A stretch of DNA of 64,000 nucleotides from Mobula hypostoma (taxonomy: Eukaryota). The notes beneath the pieces are model-generated. The model was not told where the DNA came from and made no database searches. It was given only the letters and a program-made list of their open reading frames with translations. The DNA is taken from contig NC_086108.1 of assembly GCF_963921235.1 (NCBI RefSeq), positions 87,918,001 to 87,982,000 of the forward strand, read 5' to 3'. The position numbers and the translations under genes were made by a program. Numbering within the stretch: the stretch's first letter is position 1; each line of letters begins with the position of its first letter. Below, piece after piece: positions 50,461 through 62,569 of the stretch.

Positions 50461-52610
50461 AGGTGTCTTCCCCAGATCTCACCAAAGCTCTACGTAACGA
50501 AAACACAACCACCTTAGTTTCGCACCTAATTCATTCAGCAATAAATTATAACAGTTAGATAACTTTTCTAAGGGAATATTAATTAAACAACTGAAAGGAA
50601 AGCATCAGAGGCAAAACATGACATTGTCTCAGTCTCACTATGACATCACAGAATCATTTCAACTGGCTCAACATTTGGTAAATTTGCAGCAGGCATGGAG
50701 GAGAAGGCCTGTAATTAAGAGATGAAGGACTTACCTAATGTTTCAATCTGCTGAAATTATTGCTGTCTCACCTTACCGTAAATCTTAAAAATGAGTAACA
50801 TTCACATTCTGCGTATTTTTTTTTCATTTGCTAGTTAAAAATTCACAGTGAATGATGGCCATGGCCCATTCTGTTCGCGGATACCCACCTGGAGAAAAGT
50901 TCATCACTGACATGTCTTGTCTTTTCCTACATGTGGTCAAACTATTTGTTACTGTAGCCTATATCCTGGGAAGGGAAAAATAATGCCTTCTTCAAATGAT
51001 GCTTAGGTGACATCAAAGATGCCTTCTGCCTGCATTTGGTCCGTGGTCCTCCATTTTTTGTTTATTCATAACTACTACCATTGGGCAGGAGGTACAGGAG
51101 CCTCAGGTCCCAAACCGCGAGCTTCAGGAACAATTACTATTGTACAACCATTGGTCCTCCTGAAATGGCATGGACCCCATCTCTGAACTGAGTCCACAAC
51201 CTACAATCTCACTTTCAAGGACTCTATAAATAATGTTCGCTGTATTATATATTTACTTGTTTAATTGTAAAATTGGTCTTTTTTTGCATTTTGGTTGTTA
51301 GTCTTTGTTTATACATAGCTCCTCATAAATTTTATTGTATTTCTTTATTTTTCTGTAAATGCTGCAGGAAAATGAATTTCAAGGTAGTGCGTGGTGACAT
51401 GTACCCACTTCGATAATAGGTTTACTTTGACTTTGATTTCTAAGGGCCTCATAAACACCTCAATTGTCTCTGCCTTGTCACCACACCTGGCAGTGCATTC
51501 CTGGTGCCCACCAATCTCTGAGTTAAAAAAAACTGCCCCCATACATTTCCTTTGAACTTTCACCCTCTCACCTTAAATATGTGCCCTCTGGTTTTAGACA
51601 TTTCAATCCCGGCTGTCTGTCTATGCCTCTCATAATTTTATAAACTTCTACCAAATCTCCCTTCGGCCTCTACAGCTCCAGAGAAAACAATCCAAGTTTG
51701 TCCAGTCTCGAAAAGCACAGGCAGCATTCTGGTAATCCTCTTCTGCACCCTCTGCAAAACCTCCACATCCTTCCTACATGGGGGCCACCACAATTGGAAG
51801 CAACCATTCAGATTTGGCCTAACCAGAGTTTTATAAAGCTGCAACATAACTTTCTGACTCTTGAACTCAGTGCCTTAACTAATAAGAATAACATGCCATA
51901 TGCCTTCAATTTATATGGACATGAGTGCATAATCTACTTCATTAATTCTGCAGAACGCTCTGCTGGGTAACATCTTCATTTATACCTTCACACCCTTTAA
52001 ATTCAAAAGGAACACCTTCAGCAGATGTTTCACACATCCTCCATTAGAACCAAGCTAACTGAGCTCTAGTTAACTCCAAAACAGCCAAGATTTGATCAGA
52101 CATAGAATTGTAACAGATATCGGATGGATAATGTAGCTTTTCACATTTTCCTTCAGAGGTTTCTGTAAACAATGTACATCTTTATCCAATAATTCAAGAA
52201 TCTGAAGTGTTCTATGCAGCAACACACAGAAAAAATGCTGGTGAACGCAGCAGGCCAGGCAGCATCTATAGGAAGAAGTACGCTGCCTGGCCTGCTGCGT
52301 TCACCAGCATTTTTTGTGTGTTTTGCTTGAATTTCGAGCATCTGCAGATTTCCTCATGTTTGTGTTCTGTGCAGTATTTTTTTTTGCAGGTGCACGATCT
52401 TTAGCTTTCAATAGGCAGCTAATGGTTAGCATTCCTTTATGTTTATTTAAATTAAATACACTTTATACTAATATGTAAATATGCAACATAGTCGTGTGAT
52501 GTATGCAACATGCGTTATGTAGTGGAAGAGTTAGAACCATAGAACCATAGAAACTACAGCACAGAAACAGGCCTTTTGGCCCTTTTTGGCTGTGCCGAAC
52601 CATTTTCTGC

Positions 52611-55538
52611 CTAGTCCCACTGACCTGCACATGGACCATATCCCTCCATACACCTCTCATCCATGTATCTGTCCAATTTATTCTTAAGTGTTAAAAAAGA
52701 ACCCGCATTTACCACCTCATCTGGCAGCTCATTCCATACTCCCACCACTCTCTGTGTGAAGAAGCCCCCACTAATGTTCCCTTTAAACTTTTCCCCCCTC
52801 ACCCTTAACCCATGTCCTCTGGTTTCTTTCTCCCCTTGCTTCAGTGGAAAAAGCCTGCTTGCATTCACTCTATCTATACCCATCATAATTTTATATACCT
52901 CTATCAAATCTCCCCTCATTCTTCTATGCTCCAGGGAATAAAGTCCTAACCTATTCAACCTTTCTCTGTAACTGAGTTTCTCAAGTCCTGGCAACATCCT
53001 TGTAAACGTTCTCTGCACTCTTTCAACCTTATTTATATCCTTCCTGTAATTTGGTGACCAAAACTGAACACAATACTCCAGATTCGGCCTCACCAATGCC
53101 TTATACAACCTCATCATAACATTCCAGCTCTTATACTCAATACTTTGATTAATAAAGGCCAATGTACCAAAAGCTCTCTTTATGACCCTATCTACCTGTG
53201 ACGCCACTTTTAGGGAATTTTGTATCTGTATTCCCAGATCCCTCTGTTCCACTGTACTCCTCAGTACCTTACCATTTACCCTGTATGTTCTACCTTGGTT
53301 TGTCCCACCAACGTGCAATACCTCACACTTGTCTGTATTAAGCTCCATCTGCCATTTTTCAGCCCATTTTCCCAGCTGGTCCAAGTCCCTCTGCAGGCTC
53401 TGAAAACCTTCCTCACTGTCTACTACACCTCCAATCTTTGTATCATCAGCAAACTTGCTGATCCAATTTACCACATTATCATTCAGATCATTGATATAGA
53501 TGACAAATAACAATGGACCCAGCACTGATCCCTGTGGCACACCACCAGTCACAGGCCTCCACTCGGAGAAGCAATTCTCTACTACCACTCTTTGGCTTCT
53601 TCCATTGAGCCAATGCCTAATCCAATTTACCACCTCTCCATGTATACCTAGCGACTGAATTTTCCTAACTAACCTCCCATGCGGGACCTTGTCAAAGGCC
53701 TTACTGAAGTCCATGTAGACAATATCCACTGCCTTCCCTTCATCCACTTTCCTGGTAACCTCCTCGAAAAACTCCAATAGATTGGTCAAACATGACCTAC
53801 CACGCACAAAGCCATATTGACTCTCCCTAATAAGTCCCTGTCTATCCAAATGCTTGTAGATTCTGTCTCTTAGTACTCCCTCCAATAACTTACCTACTAC
53901 CAACGTTAAATTTACTGGCCTATAATTTCCTGGATTACTTTTCGATCCTTTTTTAAACAACGGAACAACATGAGCCACTCTCCAATCCTCCGGCACCTCA
54001 CCCGTAGACAGCGACATTTTAAATATTTCTGCCAGGGCCCCCACAATTTCAACACTAGTCTCCTTCAAGGTCCAAGGGAACACCCTGTCAGGTCCCGGGG
54101 ATTTATCCACTTTAATTTTCCTCAAGACAGCAAGCACCTCCTCCCTTTCAATCTGTACAGTTTCCATGATCTCACTACTTGATTCCCTTAATTCCATAGA
54201 CTTTATGCCAGTTTCCTTAGTAAATACAGACACAAAAAACCTATTTAAGATCTCCCCCATTTCCTTTGGCTCCACACATAGCCGACCACTCTGATCTTCA
54301 AGAGGACCAATTTTATCCCTTACAATCCTTTTGCTCTTAATATACCTGTAAAAGCTCTTTGGATTATCCTTCACTTTGACTGCCAAGGCAACCTCATGTC
54401 TTCTTTTAGCCCTCCTGATTTCTTTCTTAGGTATTTTCTTGCACTTCTTATACTCCTCAAGCACCTGATTTACTCTCTGTTTCCTATACATTTCATACAA
54501 CTCCCTCTTCTTCTTTATCAGAGTTGCAATATCCCTTGAGAACCAAGGTTCCTTATTCCTATTCACTTTGCCTTTAATCCTGACAGGAACATACAAACTC
54601 TGCACTCTCAAAATTTCTCCTTTGAAGGCTTCCCACCTACTGATCACATCTTTACCAGAGAACAACCTGTCCCAATCCACACTTTTTAGATCCTTTCTCA
54701 TTTCTTCAGATTTGGCCTTCTTCCAGTTCAGAACCTCAATCCTAGGACCAGATCTATCCTTGTCCATGATCAAATTGAAACTAGTGGTGTTATGATCACT
54801 GGAACCAAAGTGCTCCCCTACACAGACTTCTGTCACTTGTCCTAACTCGTTTCCTAACAGGAGATCCAATATTGCATTCCCTCTAGTTGCTCCCTCTATA
54901 TATTGATTTAGAAAACTTTCCTGAACACCTTTTACAAACTCTAAACCATCTAGACCCCTAACAGTATGGGAGTCCCAATCAATATATGGAAAATTAAAAT
55001 TCCCTACCACCACAACTTTATGTTTCCTGCAGTTGCCTGCTATCTCTCTGCATATTTGCTCTTCCAAGTCTTGTTGGCTATTTGGTGGTCTGTAATACAA
55101 TCCCACTAATGTGACCATACCTTTCCTGTTTCTCAGCTCCACCCATAAGGACTCAGTAGACAAGCCCTCTAATCTGTCCTGCCTGAGCACTGCTGTAATA
55201 TTTTCCCTAACAAGCAATGCTACACCCCCACCTTTCATTCCACTGTGTCGATCACATCTGAAACATCGGAACCCTGGAATATTAAGCTGCCAGTCCTGCC
55301 CCTCCTGTAGCCAAGTTTCACTGATTGCTATAACGTCATAATTCCACGTGTCAATCCACGCCCTCAACTCATCTGCCTTCCCCGCAATACTCCTAGCATT
55401 GAAATATATACACCTCAGAAGATTTTTACCACCACTCACAACCTTTCTATCAGCGGATTTGCTTAAACTTTCAACATCATTTATTTTCACCCCAGCCACA
55501 CTGTCAGCTCTGGCACTCTGGTTCCCATCCCCCTGCAA
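52611..55538 (-). CDS. CR1 ORF2 (APE endonuclease + reverse transcriptase), open frame without upstream AUG
   Basis: CIYFNARSI, ISETWL, SSDHN, KSPGPD, DFSKAFDKVPH, GVPQGSVLGP, FADDTK. The GDFN motif reads GNFN. Confidence 0.95.
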   Translation of the reverse strand: MQGDGNQSARADSVAGVKINDVESLSKSADRKVVSGGKNLLRCIYFNARSIAGKADELRAWIDTWNYDVIAISETWLQEGQDWQLNIPGFRCFRCDRHSGMKGGGVALLVRENITAVLRQDRLEGLSTESLWVELRNRKGMVTLVGLYYRPPNSQQDLEEQICREIAGNCRKHKVVVVGNFNFPYIDWDSHTVRGLDGLEFVKGVQESFLNQYIEGATRGNAILDLLLGNELGQVTEVCVGEHFGSSDHNTTSFNLIMDKDRSGPRIEVLNWKKAKSEEMRKDLKSVDWDRLFSGKDVISRWEAFKGEILRVQSLYVPVRIKGKVNRNKEPWFSRDIATLIKKKRELYEMYRKQRVNQVLEEYKKCKKIPKKEIRRAKRRHEVALAVKVKDNPKSFYRYIKSKRIVRDKIGPLEDQSGRLCVEPKEMGEILNRFFVSVFTKETGIKSMELRESSSEIMETVQIEREEVLAVLRKIKVDKSPGPDRVFPWTLKETSVEIVGALAEIFKMSLSTGEVPEDWRVAHVVPLFKKGSKSNPGNYRPVNLTLVVGKLLEGVLRDRIYKHLDRQGLIRESQYGFVRGRSCLTNLLEFFEEVTRKVDEGKAVDIVYMDFSKAFDKVPHGRLVRKIQSLGIHGEVVNWIRHWLNGRSQRVVVENCFSEWRPVTGGVPQGSVLGPLLFVIYINDLNDNVVNWISKFADDTKIGGVVDSEEGFQSLQRDLDQLGKWAEKWQMELNTDKCEVLHVGGTNQGRTYRVNGKVLRSTVEQRDLGIQIQNSLKVASQVDRVIKRAFGTLAFINQSIEYKSWNVMMRLYKALVRPNLEYCVQFWSPNYRKDINKVERVQRTFTRMLPGLEKLSYRERLNRLGLYSLEHRRMRGDLIEVYKIMMGIDRVNASRLFPLKQGEKETRGHGLRVRGEKFKGNISGGFFTQRVVGVWNELPDEVVNAGSFLTLKNKLDRYMDERCMEGYGPCAGQWD

Positions 55539-55540
55539 AT

Positions 55541-56475
55541 CTAGTTTAAAGCCTCCCCAATAGCACTAACAAACCTCCCTGAAAGGATATTGGTCCCCCT
55601 GTAGTTCAAGTGTAACCCGTCTCTCTTGTACAGGTCCCACCTGCCCCAGAAGAGGTCCCAATGATCCAGAAATCTGAAACCCTGCCCCCTACACCAGTTC
55701 CTCAGCCAGTTGTTCATCCTCCAGAGCATCTTATTCCTACCCTCACTGGCACGTGGCACAGGTAGCAATCCTGAGATTACCACCCTCGAGGTCCTGCTTT
55801 TCAACTTCCTACCAAGCTCTCTATACTCACTCTCCAGGACCTTCTCACTCTTCCTTGTTATGTCATTGGTACCGATGTGCACCACGACATCTGGCTGATC
55901 ACCCTCCCACTTCAGAATGTCATGCAATCGATCAGAGACATCCTTGACCCTGGCACCCGGGAGGCAACAAACCATCCTGGATTCTCTGTTTCGACCACAG
56001 ACCTCCTATCTGTACCTCTAACTATCGAGTCCCCTATCACTACTGCTCTCTTCTTTTTCCACCCTCCCTTCTGCACTGCAGAGCCAGACTCAGTGCCAGA
56101 GATCCGGCTACTGCAGCTTGTCCCAGGTAAGTCATCCCCCCCAACAGTATCCAATGCGGTATACTTGTTGTTGAGGGGAATGGCCACAGGGGAACCCTGC
56201 TCTATCTGCCCTTTCCTCTTCCCTCGCCTGACAGTGACCCAATTTCCTGTCCTCTGCTCCTTTGGCGTAACTACCTCCCTGTAGTTACTATCTATAATCT
56301 CCTCATTCTCCCGAATGATCCGGAGGTCATCCAGCTCCTGCTCCAGTTCCCTAACGCGGTTTATTAGGAGCTGCAGCTGGATGCACTTCTTGCAGCTGTC
56401 GTTGTCAGGGACACCGGAGGGCTCCCTGACTTCGCACATCCTGCAAGAGGAGCATTCCAACATCCTGCCTGGCAT
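55541..56475 (-). pseudogene. CR1 ORF1 (zf/lz + SGNH esterase) with one frameshift near 56000
   Basis: CSSCRMC...CKKC plus coiled coil; GDSIVRG, LPGA, HIGTND and DGLHLN esterase blocks split over two frames. Confidence 0.9.
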
Positions 56476-58891
56476 TCTCTCTACTCTAAACTATCTGAAC
56501 AAAAAAAAACTTACCGGAACCTACCCTGACCTCTGCCTGTTCTTGCCGAAGCCTGTTGAGCCAAAGCCGTCCCACTCTGACTCGGTCCACTCCGACGATG
56601 GCCGCTACAACGATGGCCGCTGTACATGGTGGTCTGCTTTTAAACCTTGGCACGCTACGTCACGCGCCTGCGCAGTGCAGACCCTTCTCCCCGAGCAGTG
56701 TTTAAAAGAAAGTTGTATAAACGAGGAAGAAGTGTTCTTGAATTTTCACGTTTATTTGCACCCCTTGTTCGACCCACGATTAGGATAAAGAGTCGATGAA
56801 TCTGCATGGACAAGGATAGACATCACGGGAACCAAAAAGATAAACTTTGTGTGTGGCAGACGAAAAATGAAATATTTTATGTTAAGCAACAAACAAACTG
56901 CTCGAAGAACTGTGGGAGGAAAGGAATTGTCGATGTGTGGAGTGCGTCAAGATGGAGAAGATTGTTTGGAATGCATTCCTCCAGCAGATTGTTTGTTGCT
57001 CCAGATTCCAGCATCTGCGGCCTCCTGTGTCTCTTTTGTGACAATCGGACAATATTGGTGAGTTTTGAAACTGGTGAACCTAATATGGTTTTACTAAATG
57101 GTGGCTCAGACCCAAAGGATCCTAAAAGCTTATTCCAATCTATTTATTTTATTTTGTGTATTTGAGATTAATGAATTATATTCCTGAAGGTTCAAGAACA
57201 GTTAGTTCCCTTTAACTACTCAGTTTTTGAACTTACCTGCATGACTCTAATCATTACCCCAGTATAGCAACATTATGACCACTTTGCACTACAATGAGAT
57301 TTGTATTTTTTGTTCTAATTGTGTTGTTTCTTGTAAAAATTGTGTATAATTTATGTTTCATTTTTCTTGTGAATGCTGCTTATTTGAGCTAAATGCTTGT
57401 GATGCAACTAAGTTTTTCATGCACTAATGCATATAATAGTAAATTTGACTTTGACTTTATATTGAACTAGACGGACTTGATGAGGGGCTGAACACTTTCT
57501 TAAAGTAGATTCTAGGTATTTTTTCAACTGCTGACGACAATCTCATTGGTCTGGCTTTTCCTACTTACTCTCCCTTTTTAAGAATTGGGTTAAGTTTGTT
57601 ACCTTCTGTGAGAACAATGGGAATCTATGGGAATCTATGAAGTGCAGAATCAAATATTGCTGTGGTGATTGTACATTCTAGTATCAATTGTTTGGCGACA
57701 ATAAAGTATAAAGTATATAAGCATAAGACCATAAGATATAGGAGCAGATTTAGGCTATTTGGCCAATTGAATCTGCCATTTTATCATGGCTGATTCCATT
57801 TTCCCTCTCAGCCCCGTGCCTTCTCCCCATAATCTATTCATGCCCTGACTAATCAAGAATCTCTCTGCCTTAAATATACATAAAGACTTGGCCTCCACAG
57901 CCACCTGTGGCAATGAATTCCACAAATTCACTACTCTCTGGCTGAAGAAATTTCTCCTCATCTCTGTTCTAAAAGGATGCCCCTCTATTCTAAGGCTGTG
58001 TCTTCTGGTGTTAGAAACTAAGCAAGATGGTAATCAATGTATCCAATATCTTTTTGGGCACTGTATTTCCAAAAGGTTTTCTGTGCTCTTCTTCCATGAT
58101 GACAAATAGAAAATAGATTCTTGCAGGTTTAGAGTTGTGCGGCATAGAAATAGGCCCTTGAATTAAACAAATTAATTAAACCTGAATTGAACAAAAATAT
58201 TTGTTTAATTTCTCTCGTTATTTCTTTCTTCCTGTCTCACTTTGTCTGCGGCCTTCATTAATCTTTGCCTCTCCATGGAGATGAATTTAAATTAAAAATG
58301 GTAAAAACAAATGGTACAGTAATTCTGTTCTCATGGGATGCAGACTTACAAACCCTGTGTTTATTTAAAAAAGTCTTCAACTTGTTTTTGTCCAGGTTTC
58401 CAACTAATTAAATGAAAATCAAACAAATTGATGCAATATTTCCTGATGATCTGATAGAGGTGTTTAATTCAAAGTCAAAGTACATTTATTATTAAAGTGC
58501 AAGTATGTCACCATATACAACCCTGACATTCATTTCCATGGGAAAATGATGGGAATTTAAGACAATTTTGCACTATTACTACATGTTACATCAGAAGTTC
58601 TGTTTTCTGTGTGTGCACAGAGGGAAGGACTACTTGTATCTGGTCTGTCCTTTTTCAGGATAATCAAAGCTTGTTTTACCCAATGGCAAACTGAGAGAAT
58701 AATTCTTTAATCAACAATGAAAGAAGACCTTAATTAAATCTTTCTGCAGAACTGATAAGCAGAAATAAGCTTATAAAAGAAGAAACAGACCACAGCATTT
58801 AGTAGAAGTAACCTATTAGGCAATGCAGGTTTTAGCCACTGATACGTCTGTTACACTGCCTTGGTGCTACTGTATAGCTGTCTGCATAAGT

Positions 58892-59506
58892 TTATTCTTT
58901 GAGTAGAGAGCACTGCTGGGAGAAAATATTTGGCTCCAAATCAGAAAGAAGGAGATACGTATGATTTGAAATGTCTGTTGCACTCATTGATCGATAATCA
59001 AATGGCACTGGGAAATGCAAGTGAGCAAAGAGGTGGAGCACCTCGTCATAACTGACCAATGGCGTTGGGTGATGTTGTTTTAGGCCGCCAACATTAACTG
59101 GCTGCAATGAGGTGAGCTGTTTATTCCCACTGATGTCACTTTGGATATGTCCTTTGTGAGCCTTTGTGTCAGGGGCAGGAAGCCACCTTTGTGACTGGGA
59201 GTCATGCACCAAATTACTTTTGTCCTTCTTGCGAAAATTTGTATCTTCCTGAGGAAGAGATGATGAGTCTTGCAGATCCAAAAAAATATAGTTCTGCATC
59301 CCGTTGTTGGATCCCTTGGTTTCATCACCTGTTTCTTCTTCCTGCAGCTTGCTGGTGGAGGATTCATTGGAGGGATGCTTCTGACAAATAGCCTCTTGCT
59401 TTTCTACACACTTCTTGCCATCATTTCCAATTCCTTCAGAAATGATTTCCAGAATTGAAGGGAGGGGCTCATTGTCAACAGGTTTGTCATAGGTGGGCTG
59501 CAAAGG
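58892..59506 (-). CDS. MPL: Thrombopoietin receptor (MPL), last coding exon (cytoplasmic tail)
   Basis: EPLPSILEII resembles MPL Box2 (EPSLLEIL), FDYRSM resembles MDYRRL, and DISNHTYLLLS resembles IANHSYLPLS. Acceptor ttttctgttgccag|, phase 0; 204 codons plus stop. MPL lies upstream of CDC20 on the same strand in other vertebrates. Confidence 0.85.
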   Translation of the reverse strand, partial: PLQPTYDKPVDNEPLPSILEIISEGIGNDGKKCVEKQEAICQKHPSNESSTSKLQEEETGDETKGSNNGMQNYIFLDLQDSSSLPQEDTNFRKKDKSNLVHDSQSQRWLPAPDTKAHKGHIQSDISGNKQLTSLQPVNVGGLKQHHPTPLVSYDEVLHLFAHLHFPVPFDYRSMSATDISNHTYLLLSDLEPNIFSQQCSLLKE

Positions 59507-59789
59507 CTGGCAACAGAAAAAGATCACAGTTTTTCATCAGTCTTATTTGCTTTTACATTTTCCACACATTTGTTGCTCTGATTAGTGGATCTTGCCAAAA
59601 TAAATATTTGTGGAATATTTGCTCATTGGGTTAATTAAAAAACATTATCCTGCCCTTGTCTGAATTAAATTCCATCTACCATTGCTCTGCCCAACTCTCC
59701 AGCTAATCAATCTTCAACTATATCTCTATACAACCTTATCGATTATCTACAATTCCAACCATTTTTGTGTTGTCAATAAACGTACTAAT

Positions 59790-60288
59790 AATCTGCTGCT
59801 GTAGCCATCCACTTAAAAGTTTAACATTTAGAGATGCTCTTCTGCACACCACTGTTGTAGCACACGGTTATTTGAGTTACTGTGGCCTTCCTGTCAGCTT
59901 GAACCAATCTGACCATTATCCTCTGACCTCTCTCGTTAACGAAGTGTTTTCTCCCACAGTACTGCCGCTCACTGGATGTTTATTTTGTTTTTTGCACCAT
60001 TCTCTGTAAATTCTAGGGACTGTTGTTCATGAAAATCCCAGGAATTCAGCAGTTTCTGAGATACTCAAACCACCCTGTCAGGACCCAGCAATCATTGCAC
60101 TGTCAATGACACTTCAGTCACATTTCTTCCCCATTCTGATGTTTGGTTTGTATGTCAAATGAACCTCTTGACCATGTCTGCATGCTTTTACTTAATGCAC
60201 TGCTGCCCTATAATTGACTGATTAGATATTTGCATTAATGAATAGGTGTACAGTACAGGTATACCTAATAGAGTGGCCTCTGAGTGTA
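59790..60288 (-). mobile_element. Non-autonomous Tc1-like fragment
   Basis: Ends CCTAATAGAGTGGCCTCTGAGTGTA, a Tc1-type TIR plus TA. Confidence 0.6.
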
Positions 60289-62045
60289 TATTAAAAAGAA
60301 AGTCCCAGCACTGATCCCTGTAGAATGACACTAGTTACAGATTTCCATTCAGAAAATACTCCTGACCCTTACTTTCTGTCTCTTATCCAGTTCACCAGCA
60401 TATTTTGGATGTTCTGTGTCTCATCCTTCCTGAGCAGCCTTGTTAAAAGCCTTATCAAAGTCCACATGGAAAACATTTACTGCCCTGCCTTCATCATTCT
60501 GCTTGGATACATCTTCAGAAAACTCTGTTGGATTTATACAGTACTTGCTTACATTTGCAGAAATGCAATTTGGTTTGAACAGTCAGTCTGAACACATCAC
60601 TCTTCAGCATCTTGTGACATTTTGCACATATTGGTGAACAAAGTACAGCAGAATTTATGAATTTGGATAAGGTAGCGATTTTGTTTAGGCTTTAAAAGAC
60701 ATTTGGAGAGGTATGTGGATCACATGAATCCCCTTAGCCAGGAGCGCAAACCGTTTTGAGAGTGTGTGCCCAAATTGATGATAATTTTCTAAAAACTTCT
60801 CTCGCAAGCCATAACAATTTTGAGCAGAGATTATCATTGGTTACTGAATTAGTAACAATAATTATGGACTTTTTAAAGGGAGAAGGCTGAGTCCTGTTGC
60901 TTATTGATGTGTACTCATAGTTTTAATAAATGTATAATTAAGACAGATTGAATGAATCAAACATTTTAGAAAGTCTATTAAAATTATTAATGCTAATCTT
61001 TTAAAAAGACAGTAGGAAAAAAAAGCATCACTTCTAAATAGTAGTGCTATTGTAATTGTTTATTGTCCAAATACTGATGTGTACAACAAGTCTGTGAGGA
61101 TTTCAAAGTGTATCATCTGATGTCAGGTGTCCTTGCAACTGTCTCACTGGCACCAAGCCTATGTGACACGATTCATGTGAAAATATCTCACTGCTCCCTG
61201 GTTGTAAAATTCATTCACTGCTTCATTTGGCAGTACAGATAATCATTATGGGTAGGTTTAAAGAATCGAGGGGCAGAACTGCATGCCACTTGCCAGCTTG
61301 AGTATGTATGCCATAGGCTTGCCACCTCTACCGTAGGCTTTGAAGGTGATGACCCGAGCACTGGAAGATGGGATAAATATGGTCAATGTGAAAATGGTGG
61401 GCTGAAGGGCCTGTTGCCAAGATGTATGTTGTTATGATCTACATAGGCCTTAATTTCCCAGTCTTTCAAAAAAATTGTATCCACATTATATGCTTCTTGC
61501 GTGCTGGCTCCAAAACTCACTGGAGCAGAGGATTCCAGAGATGCAATACCTTCTGTGAGAAGAGGATTACTTGTCAGGAATCCCGGTATTCATCCTTTTA
61601 AACACATCTTCTATAAACCCATTTACAGAAATAAAAGTGTTTTCTTTACCATTGTATTTTCTATTTCCTCCATGATATCTATCACTTTCTTTGTCATAGG
61701 TTATTCCTTAGGATTGAGGATGAATTACTTCCATTTTGGTTTAATGTATTCTGAGGAATCTGAACTTTTTTTTTGAGTGACACTATTTTATTGCTATCTT
61801 ATATGTGCTACATGCACCCTGTGCTGTGTATGAATGTTGGTATTGTGGTTTGCATCTTGGCCTCGGAGTAACGCTGTTTTGTTTGGTTGTATTCATGGGT
61901 TATCATGTATGAGTGAATGACAATTAAACTTGAGCTTGAACATGAAGATCAAGACCTCAGATCTGGCAACAAACTCATGATCATTGGATCCCTGCCCTCC
62001 CACAGATCCTGAGATCTGCTGTAACTACACCAAGTACATCATGGT

Positions 62046-62569
62046 CAGTCAGTGAAGTCAGTGGGTGCTATCCCAAATCCGGGGTTGGCGGCTATACACC
62101 TCCATCTTCTTCAATCTTGCGACAGCACCGAGTGCAGCCTCTCCTCCAGTTTGTTCTCGTTGGCTGCCTTGGCACTGCCCACCGCCGCCCCCGCCGAACT
62201 CGAGCCCGAGGCCGTGTCGGCCTCCAGCCGCGGCCGCTTCTTCGAGCTCGGCCCTTCCTTAGGCGGAGGCCTTGGGCAGGTGAAGGCACACGGTGCAGCA
62301 CCCAAGTTCATCATGTCTCTTCTAACTAGGTGCATAGCATACGATTCATAGATACGTGGTGAGGCTTTAATCTCTTCCACGGAAGATGGCCGTTGGCTCA
62401 CAAGGAGCACATCCGCCCTTTGTCAGGTCTTGTTTTTTAGTCCTGCTTGGGTGTCCTCACACCCTCCTCACCAGACTAAGTCCAGTGGGGGAACCGGCCA
62501 AGTCACTGACCACTCGACCACAGCCCCTGGCCAAGCGCCGGACGCCCACCTCCTGCCAAATCTCTCTGA
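62046..62569 (-). mobile_element. Non-autonomous RTE-derived retroposon with a captured GC-rich gene fragment
   Basis: TSD ACATCATGGT (62036-62045) and ACGTCATGGT (62570-62579); (ACTG)n-like tail; RTE-like C-terminal remnant QD*RRWR. It interrupts an older plus-strand RTE remnant. Confidence 0.7.
62123..62275 (-). pseudogene. Fragment resembling the CYHR1/ZFTRAF1 N-terminal coding sequence
   Basis: PSSKKRPRLEA...(A/G/S-rich)...NKLEERLHSVL resembles recalled vertebrate CYHR1 PPKKRLR...GKLEERLYSVLC. It is truncated before the RING cysteines. Confidence 0.6.

Larger units (their letters stand above)
52533..56700 (-). mobile_element. Near full-length CR1 LINE
   Basis: ORF1 (zinc finger, leucine zipper, SGNH esterase), 975-codon ORF2, and a (TTCTATGG)n 3' tail at about 52533-52552. 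The 5' boundary is approximate and no TSD was found. Confidence 0.96.

Noticed and set aside
50690..50910. Cluster of minus-strand donor-like motifs between MPL and CDC20
   Set aside because: No ORF or consistent exon structure supports a gene.
62400..62569. HDV-like ribozyme at the 5' end of the capture element (and at 63400-63720)
   Set aside because: P1-P4 could not be assembled in the right order by eye.
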